A stretch of 64,000 nucleotides of DNA from Eledone cirrhosa (lineage: Eukaryota), in contig CAXHJY010001284.1 in assembly GCA_964016885.1 (NCBI GenBank), positions 124,001 through 188,000 on the forward strand. The letters are read 5' to 3'. The notes beneath the pieces are model-generated. The model was not told the DNA's origin, did not search any database, and was given only the letters and a program-made list of their open reading frames with translations. The position numbers and the translations under genes are program-made. Positions within the stretch are counted from its first letter, which is position 1. Every line of letters starts with the position of its first letter. Shown in pieces: positions 55,301 to 64,000 of the stretch.

Positions 55301-58300
55301 CTTTACTGAGAAAATACAATAGTATATATAGAGTAATATAAATGTTATGGAAGGTAAAGCCTTTACTGAGAAAATACAATAGTATATATAGAGTAATGTA
55401 AATGTTATGGAAGGTAAAGCCTTTACTGAGAAAATACAATAGTATATATAGAGTAATATAAATGTTATGTAAGGTAAAGCCTTTACTGAGAAAATACAAT
55501 AGTATATATAGAGTAATATAAATGTTATGGAAGGTAAAGCCTTTACTGGGAAAATACAATAATATATATAGAGTAATGTAAATGTTATGTAAGGTAAAGC
55601 CTTTACTGAGAAAATACAATAGTATATATAGAGTAATGTAAATGTTATGTAAGGTAAACCTTTTACTGGGAAAATACAATAGTATATATAGAGTAATATA
55701 AATGTTATGTAAGGTAAAGCCTTTACTGAGAAAATACAATAGTATATATAGAGTAATATAAATGTTATGGAAGGTAAAGCCTTTACTGGGAAAATACAAT
55801 AGTATATATAGAGAAATGTAAATGTTATGTAAGGTAAAGCCTTTACTGAGAAAATACAATAGTATATATAGAGTAATGTAAATGTTATGTAAGGTAAAGC
55901 CTTTACTGAGAAAATACAATAACATATATAAATTAATCTAAATGTTATGTAAGGTAAAGCCTTTACTTAGAAAATACAATAGTATATATAGAGTAATGTA
56001 AATGTTATGTAAGGTAAAGCCTTTACTGAGAAAATACAATAGTATATATAGAGTAATGTAAATGTTATGTAAGGTAAAGCCTTTACTGAGAAAATACAAT
56101 AGTATATATAGAGTAATGTAAATGTTATGTAAGGTAAAGCCTTTACTTAGAAAATACAATAGTATATATCGAGTAATGTAAATGTTATGTAAGGTAAACC
56201 TTTTACTGGGAAAATACAATAGTATATATAGAATGATGTAAATGTTATGGAAGGTAAAGCCTTTACTGAGAAGATACAATAGTATATATAGAGTAATGTA
56301 AATGTTATGTAAGGTAAAGCCTTTACTGAGAAAATACAATAGTATATATAGAGTAATGTAAATGTTATGTAAGGTAAACCTTTTACTGGGAAAATACAAT
56401 AGTATATATAGAATGATGTAAATGTTATGTAAGGTAAAGCCTTTACTAATAAAATACAATAACATATATAAATTAATCTAAATGTTATGTAAGGTAAAGC
56501 CTTTACTGAGAAAATACAATAGTATATATAGAGTAATATAAATGTTATGTAAGGTAAAGCCTTTACTGAGAAAATACAATAGTATATATAGAGTAATATA
56601 AATGTTATGGAAGGTAAAGCCTTTACTGGGAAAATACAATAGTATATATAGAGTAATGTAAATGTTATGTAAGGTAAAGCCTTTACTGAGAAAATACAAT
56701 AGTATATATAGAGTAATGTAAATGTTATGGAAGGTAAAGCCTTTACTGAGAAAATACAATAGTATATATAGAGTAATGTAAAAGTTATGTAAGGTAAACC
56801 TTTGACTGGGAAAATACAATAGTATATATAGAGTAATATAAATGTTATGGAAGGTAAAGCCTTTACTGGGAAAATACAATAATATATATAGAGTAATATA
56901 AATGTTATGTAAGGTAAAGCCTTTACTGAGAAAATACAATAGTATATATAGAGTAATATAAATGTTATGGAAGGTAAAGCCTTTACTGGGAAAATACAAT
57001 AATATATATAGAGTAATGTAAATGTTATGTAAGGTAAAGCCTTTACTGAGAAAATACAATAGTATATATAGAGTAATGTAAATGTTATGTAAGGTAAACC
57101 TTTTACTGGGAAAATACAATAGTATATATAGAGTAATATAAATGTTATGTAAGGTAAAGCCTTTACTGAGAAAATACAATAGTATATATAGAGTAATATA
57201 AATGTTATGGAAGGTAAAGCCTTTACTGGGAAAATACATAGTATATATAGAGAAATGTAAATGTTATGTAAGGTAAAGCCTTTACTGAGAAAATACAATA
57301 GTATATATAGAGTAATGTAAATGTTATGTAAGGTAAAGCCTTTACTGAGAAAATACAATAACATATATAAATTAATCTAAATGTTATGTAAGGTAAAGCC
57401 TTTACTTAGAAAATACAATAGTATATATAGAGTAATGTAAATGTTATGTAAGGTAAAGCCTTTACTGAGAAAATACAATAGTATATATAGAGTAATGTAA
57501 ATGTTATGTAAGGTAAAGCCTTTACTGAGAAAATACAATAGTATATATAGAGTAATATAAATGTTATTTAAGGTAAAGCCTTTACTGAGAAAATACAATA
57601 GTATATATAGAGTAATATAAATGTTATGGAAGGTAAAGCCTTTACTGGGAAAATACAATAGTATATATAGAGTAATGTAAATGTTATGTAAGGTAAAGCC
57701 TTTACTGAGAAAATACAATAGTATATATAGAGTAATGTAAATGTTATGGAAGGTAAAGCCTTTACTGAGAAAATACAATAGTATATATAGAGTAATGTAA
57801 ATGTTATGTAAGGTAAAGCCTTTACGGAGAAAATACAATAATGTATATAGAGTAATGTAAATGTTATGTAAGGTAAAGCCTTTACTGAGAAAATACAATA
57901 GTATATATAGAGTAATGTAAATGTTATGTAAGGTAAAGCCTTTACTGGGAAAATACAATAGTATATATAGAGTAATGTAAATGTTATGTAAGGTAAAGCC
58001 TTTACTGAGAAAATACAATAGTATATATAGAGTAATATAAATGTTATGTAAGGTAAAGCCTTTACTGAGAAAATACAATAGTATATATAGAGTAATATAA
58101 ATATTATGGAAGGTAAAGCCTTTACTGGGAAAATACAATAATATATATAGAGTAATGTCAATGTTATGTAAGGTAAAGCCTTTACTGAGAAAATACAATA
58201 GTATATATAGAGTAATGTAAATGTTATGTAAGGTAAACCTTTTACTGGGAAAATACAATAGTATATATAGAGTAATATAAATGTTATGTGAGGTAAAGCC

Positions 58301-61300
58301 TTTACTGAGAAAATACAATAGTATATATAGAGTAATATAAATGTTATGGAAGGTAAAGCCTTTACTGGGAAAATACAATAGTATATATAGAGAAATGTAA
58401 ATGTTATGTAAGGTAAAGCCTTTACTGAGAAAATACAATAGTATATATAGAGTAATGTAAATGTTATGTAAGGTAAAGCCTTTACCGAGAAAATACAATA
58501 GTATATATAGAGTAATGTAAATGTTATGTAAGGTAAAGCCTTTACTGAGAAAATACAATAACATATATAGAGTAATGTAAATGTTATGTAAGGTAAAGCC
58601 TTTACTGAGAAAATACAATAGTATATATAGAGTAATATAAATGTTATGGAAGATAAAGCCTTTACTGAGAAAATACAATAGTATATATAGAGTAATGTAA
58701 ATGTTATGTAAGGTAAAGCCTTTACTGAGAAAATACAATAACATATATAGAGTAATCTAAATGTTATGTAAGGTAAAGCCTTTACTGAGAAAATACAATA
58801 GTATATATAGAGTAATGTAAATGTTATGTAAGGTAAAGCCTTTACTGAGAAAATACAATAGTATATATAGAGTAATGTAAATGTTATGTAAGGTAAAAGC
58901 CTTTACTGAGAAAATACAATAGTATATATAGAGTAATGTAAATGTTATGTAAGGTAAAGCCTTTACGGAGAAAATACAATAATATATATAGAGTAATGTA
59001 AATGTTATGTAAGGTAAAGCCTTTACTGAGAAAATACAATAGTATATATAGAGTAATGTAAATGTTATGTAAAGTAAAGCCTTTACTGAGAAAATACAAT
59101 AGTATATATAGAGTAATGTAAATGTTATGTAAGGTAAAGCCTTTACTGGGAAAATACAATAGTATATATAGAGTAATTTAAATGTTATGTAAGGTAAAGC
59201 CTTTACTGAGAAAATACAATAGTATATATAGAGTAATGTAAATGTTATGTAACGTAAAGCCTTTACTGGGAAAATACAATAGTATATATAGAGTAATGTA
59301 AATGTTATGTAAGGTAAAGCCTTTACTGAGAAAATACAATAGTATATATAGAGTAATGTAAATGTTATGTAAGGTAAAGCCTTTACTGAGAAAATACAAT
59401 AGTATATATAGAGTAATGTAAATGTTATGTAAGGTAAAGCCTTTACTGAGAAAATACAATAGTATATATAGAGTAATGTGAATGTTATGTAAGGTAAAGC
59501 CTTTACTGAGAAAATACAATAACATATATAGAGTAATGTAAATGTTATGTAAGGTAAAGCCTTTACTGAGAAAATACAATAGTATATATAGAGTAATATA
59601 AATGTTATGTAAGGTAAAGCCTTTACTGAGAAAATACAATAGTATATATAGAGTAATATAAATGTTATGGAAGGTAAAGCCTTTACTGGGAAAATACAAT
59701 AGTATATATAGAGTAATGTAAATGTTATGTAAGGTAAAGCCTTTACTGAGAAAATACAATAGTATATATAGAGTAATGTAAATGTTATGGAAGGTAAAGC
59801 CTTTACTGAGAAAATACAATAGTATATATAGAGTAATGTAAATGTTATGTAAGGTAAAGCCTTTACTGAGAAAATACAATAGTATATATAGAGTAATGTA
59901 AATGTTATGTAAGGTAAAGCCTTTACTGAGAAAATACAATAGTATATATAGAGTAATATAAATGTTATGTAAGGTAAAGCCTTTACTGAGAAAATACAAT
60001 AGTATATATAGAGTAATATAAATGTTATGGAAGGTAAAGCCTTTACTGGGAAAATACAATAGTATATATAGAGTAATGTAAATGTTATGTAAGGTAAAGC
60101 CTTTACTGAGAAAATACAATAGTATATATAGAGTAATGTAAATGTTATGGAAGGTAAAGCCTTTACTGAGAAAATACAATAGTATATATAGAGTAATGTA
60201 AATGTTATGTAAGGTAAAGCCTTTACTGAGAAAATACAATAGTATATATAGAGTAATGTAAATGTTATGTAAGGTAAAAGCCTTTACTGAGAAAATACAA
60301 TAGTATATATAGAGTAATGTAAATGTTATGTAACGTAAAGCCTTTACTGGGAAAATACAATAGTATATATAGAGTAATGTAAATGTTATGTAAGGTAAAG
60401 CCTTTACTGAGAAAATACAATAGTATATATAGAGTAATGTAAATGTTATGGAAGGTAAAGCCTTTACTGAGAAGATACAATAGTATATATAGAGTAATGT
60501 AAATGTTATGTAAGGTAAAGCCTTTACTGAGAAAATACAATAGTATATATAGAGTAATGTAAATGTTATGTAAGGTAAAGCCTTTACTGAGAAAATACAA
60601 TAGTATATATAGAGTAGTGTAAATGTTATGTAAGGTAAAGCCTTTACTGAGAAAATACAATAGTATATATAGAGTAATGTAAATGTTATGTAAGGTAAAG
60701 CCTTTACTGAGAAAATACAATAACATATATAGAGTAATGTAAATGTTATGTAAGGTAAAGCCTTTACTGAGAAAATACAATAGTATATATAGAGTAATAT
60801 AAATGTTATGGAAGATAAAGCCTTTACTGAGAAAATACAATAGTATATATAGAGTAATGTAAATGTTATGTAAGGTAAAGTCTTTACTGAGAAAATACAA
60901 TAGTATATATAGAGTAATATAAATGTTATGTAAGGTAAAGCCTTTACTGAGAAAATACAATAGTGTATATAGAGTAATATAAATGTTATGGAAGGTAAAG
61001 CCTTTACTGGGAAAATACAATAGTATATATAGAGTAATGTAAATGTTATGTAAGGTAAAGCCTTTACGGAGAAAATACAATAATATATATAGAGTAATGT
61101 AAATGTTATGTAAGGTAAAGCCTTTACTGAGAAAATACAATAGTATATATAGAGTAATGTAAATGTTATGTAAGGTAAAAGCCTTTACTGAGAAAATACA
61201 ATAGTATATATAGAGTAATGTAAATGTTATGTAAGGTAAAGCCTTTACGGAGAAAATACAATAATATATATAGAGTAATGTAAATGTTATGTAAGGTAAA

Positions 61301-62554
61301 GCCTTTACTGGGAAAATACAATAGTATATATAGAGTAATTTAAATGTTATGTAAAGTAAAGCCTTTACTGAGAAAATACAATAGTATATATAGAGTAATG
61401 TAAATGTTATGTAACGTAAAGCCTTTACTGGGAAAATACAATAGTATATATAGAGTAATGTAAATGTTATGTAAGGTAAAGCCTTTACTGAGAAAATACA
61501 ATAGTATATATAGAGTAATGTAAATGTTATGGAAGGTAAAGCCTTTACTGAGAAGATACAATAGTATATATAGAGTAATGTAAATGTTATGTAAGGTAAA
61601 GCCTTTACTGAGAAAATACAATAGTATATATAGAGTAATGTAAATGTTATGTAAGGTAAAGCCTTTACTGGGAAAATACAATAGTATATATAGAGTAATG
61701 TAAATGTTATGTAAGGTAAAGCCTTTACTGAGAAAATACAATAGTATATATAGAGTAATGTAAATGTTATGTAAGGTAAAGCCTTTACTGAGAAAATACA
61801 ATAGTATATATAGAGTAATGTAAATGTTATGTAAGGTAAAGCCTTTACCGAGAAAATACAATAGTATATATAGAGTAATGTAAATGTTATGTAAGGTAAA
61901 GCCTTTACTGAGAAAATACAATAACATATATAGAGTAATGTAAATGTTATGTAAGGTAAAGCCTTTACTGAGAAAATACAATAGTATATATAGAGTAATA
62001 TAAATGTTATGGAAGATAAAGCCTTTACTGAGAAAATACAATAGTATATATAGAGTAATGTAAATGTTATGTAAGGTAAAGCCTTTACTGAGAAAATACA
62101 ATAACATATATAGAGTAATCTAAATGTTATGTAAGGTAAAGCCTTTACTGAGAAAATACAATAGTATATATAGAGTAATGTAAATTTTATGTAAGGTAAA
62201 GCCTTTACTGAGAAAATACAATAGTATATATAGAGTAATGTAAATGTTATGTAAGGTAAAGCCTTTACTGAGAAAATACAATAGTATATATAGAGTAATA
62301 TAAATGTTATGGAAGGTAAAGCCTTTACTGAGAAAATACAATAGTATATATAGAGTAATGTAAATTTTATGTAAGGTAAAGCCTTTACTGAGAAAATACA
62401 ATAGTATATATAGAGTAATGTAAATGTTATGTAAGGTAAAGCCTTTACTGAGAAAATACAATCGTATATATAGATTAATGTAAATGTTATGTAAGGTAAA
62501 GCCTTTACTGAGAAAATACAATCGTATATATAGATTAATGTAAATGCTAAAGGG
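31309..62554. mobile_element. piggyBac-type MITE enclosing the whole satellite array
   Basis: TTAA (31305-31308) + CCCTTTAGCATTTA ... TAAATGCTAAAGGG + TTAA (62555-62558): perfect 14-bp TIRs with CCC/GGG ends and TTAA on both sides. Confidence 0.88.
31462..62546. repeat. 60-bp satellite array, ~518 units
   Basis: Consensus TTATGTAAGGTAAAGCCTTTACTGAGAAAATACAATAGTATATATAGAGTAATGTAAATG, uninterrupted for ~31.1 kb, with most units within a few substitutions of consensus. Confidence 0.99.
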
Positions 62555-62558
62555 TTAA

Positions 62559-64000
62559 GGAGATTAACTTAACCAGCACTGAGTATGTGACACTAAATAT
62601 GGACACAGAAAATATAGAATGAGATCACAATTACCCAAACAAAATAGTTAGAGACGAAACTAACAAAATACAACAAAAAGAAATGAAAGAGTTACTAGGA
62701 AATAATATACAGAAGTCTTAGACTAATATTACAAAAAGAGCTAATTATTGGATAATGTGCAATGTTGTGAACCATAGTATATCTTCTACAGTTTTGTTGA
62801 CAATGCTAGAAGAAATTATGTAGAAATACAGTCGATATATCAATTATAAATTACAGCTTCAATATAATAACCTGGAAGCTGAGTTGAAATGTTTACATAG
62901 ACAAACCAAGAAACTACTGACAATGTTCCTAAACCACTAGTCTACATCAGACATAGACAGGATAACCTCGCCCGCCCACATGGAGGATGTGGCCTGACGC
63001 TAACAGAAAACTACTATAAACTAACAACAGTTGCATTGAAAAAAACACTTGGATACAAATAGAAGAAAACTGATGAATGTAATAAAGAAACATAAAAAAA
63101 TAATAACCTTTCTCTGCATGTAAGGAGGGTTGGCTGAAAAGTTCATAGGCTGACTATGAAGGAGTGATGCTAGAGCTGTGATATCTTGCATGCATTTTTT
63201 TTTCGGCTCTTCTTGATAATAACTGCATTGTTTCTTTCCAGTGACTATGTTGAAAAATAAACCTCGTGTGGTTATTCAATGAGAGCATCTTAGTCAGCCT
63301 ATGAACCTTTCAACCTATGAAGGACTGATGCTAGAGCTGTGAAATGTTGCATGTATTAATTTCAACTGTTCTTGTTAATAACTAAATTGTTCCTTTCTAG
63401 GGACTATGTTGAAAAATAAACCTCATTTGGTCAATCCATGAGAGTATCTTGGATAGCCTATGAACTTTTCAGTCAACCCTTTGAAAGTCCAAAACTGAAG
63501 CAAAGTACGTTGAGACAGTAAATTTAGATAACAGCACAACAAAAATTGTTAAAGAGGCAAAATACAACATAGAAAATGGAATTATGAAACATACTAAAGA
63601 AAACAAATGAGGAAATCTGCCCCTCGGTCATTGCCCCGTCAGGTTAAACAGAAGAAGAAGCCGCAGTGAAAATCAATAATGGCTGAAGAGCTAATTAAAT
63701 GCAGAAACGGAATGACAAATGTTCGTGACAAAATACCATCGTTTGGCTACAAAGAATTATAAGAACAAAGTACTGAAAACTGACCCTAATGTCAAATGCA
63801 TATTTAACAACCAGCACAATGAGACGGATGACCATATCATCTTCGACTGCCCAGTCTTTTCCAAATCTGAATATATACATAGATATGATCGAGTTGGCAG
63901 CTATATCTACTCGGCAATATGCCAACACTTCGATATGAAAACGAACAAAATGTGGAGTAAACACGTGCCAAACACGCTACATGACAGGAACCTGACTAGA
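62559..64000 (+). pseudogene. Decayed R4/Dong-like LINE, right part (post-RT region and zinc knuckle/REL start), running off the window
   Basis: LEAELKCLHRQTKKLLTMFLNH*STSDIDRI / LARPHGGCGL (62872-62997) and LATKNYKNKVLKTDPNVKCIFNNQHNETDDHIIFDCPVFSKSEYIHRYDRVGSYIYSAICQHFDMKTNKMWSKHVP (from 63743), i.e. degenerate CxxC...ETxxHIxxxC...RHD. Confidence 0.8.
63126..63480. mobile_element. Tc1/mariner-like MITE with internal tandem duplication, nested in the LINE
   Basis: TIRs AGGGTTGGCTGAAAAGTTCATAGGCT (63126-63151) and AGCCTATGAACTTTTCAGTCAACCCT (63455-63480), 25/26 match. The internal ~160 bp occurs twice. Confidence 0.75.

Noticed and set aside
31449-62521. Long minus-strand ORFs (up to 775 aa) of repeated LLYFLSKGFTLHNIYITLYI
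   Set aside because: A 60-bp monomer lacking stops in two frames gives these automatically. Recurrent stops and 1-bp indels are propagated through the array, so there is no sign of coding selection.
31462-62546. CRISPR-like array
   Set aside because: No unique spacers and no cas genes. The units are contiguous tandem monomers in eukaryotic DNA.

Overview
Repeat-dense, AT-rich animal genomic DNA. The SINE and MITE families and the microsatellite load suggest an octopus or other coleoid cephalopod (inference). No intact host gene can be supported, and nearly all ORFs in the track are repeat artefacts. Bases 1-31 kb are a mosaic of (TA)n, (CA)n, (TACA)n, (GATA)n and GTT/GGT/CAT microsatellites, about ten copies of a tRNA-derived SINE, LINE fragments (RTE-like, L1/Tx1-like, R4/Dong-like) and many fold-back elements embedded in (TA)n. 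Several fold-backs carry type-I hammerhead ribozyme cores typical of Penelope-like elements. The main structure is a ~31.1 kb array of a 60-bp satellite (~518 units, 31462-62546). It lies entirely inside one piggyBac-type MITE, with perfect 14-bp TIRs at 31309-31322 and 62541-62554 and TTAA on both sides. That MITE interrupts a decayed R4/Dong-like LINE whose RT motifs continue across the array. The array has nested higher-order duplications, including an ~8 kb block repeated at an 8,399-bp offset.
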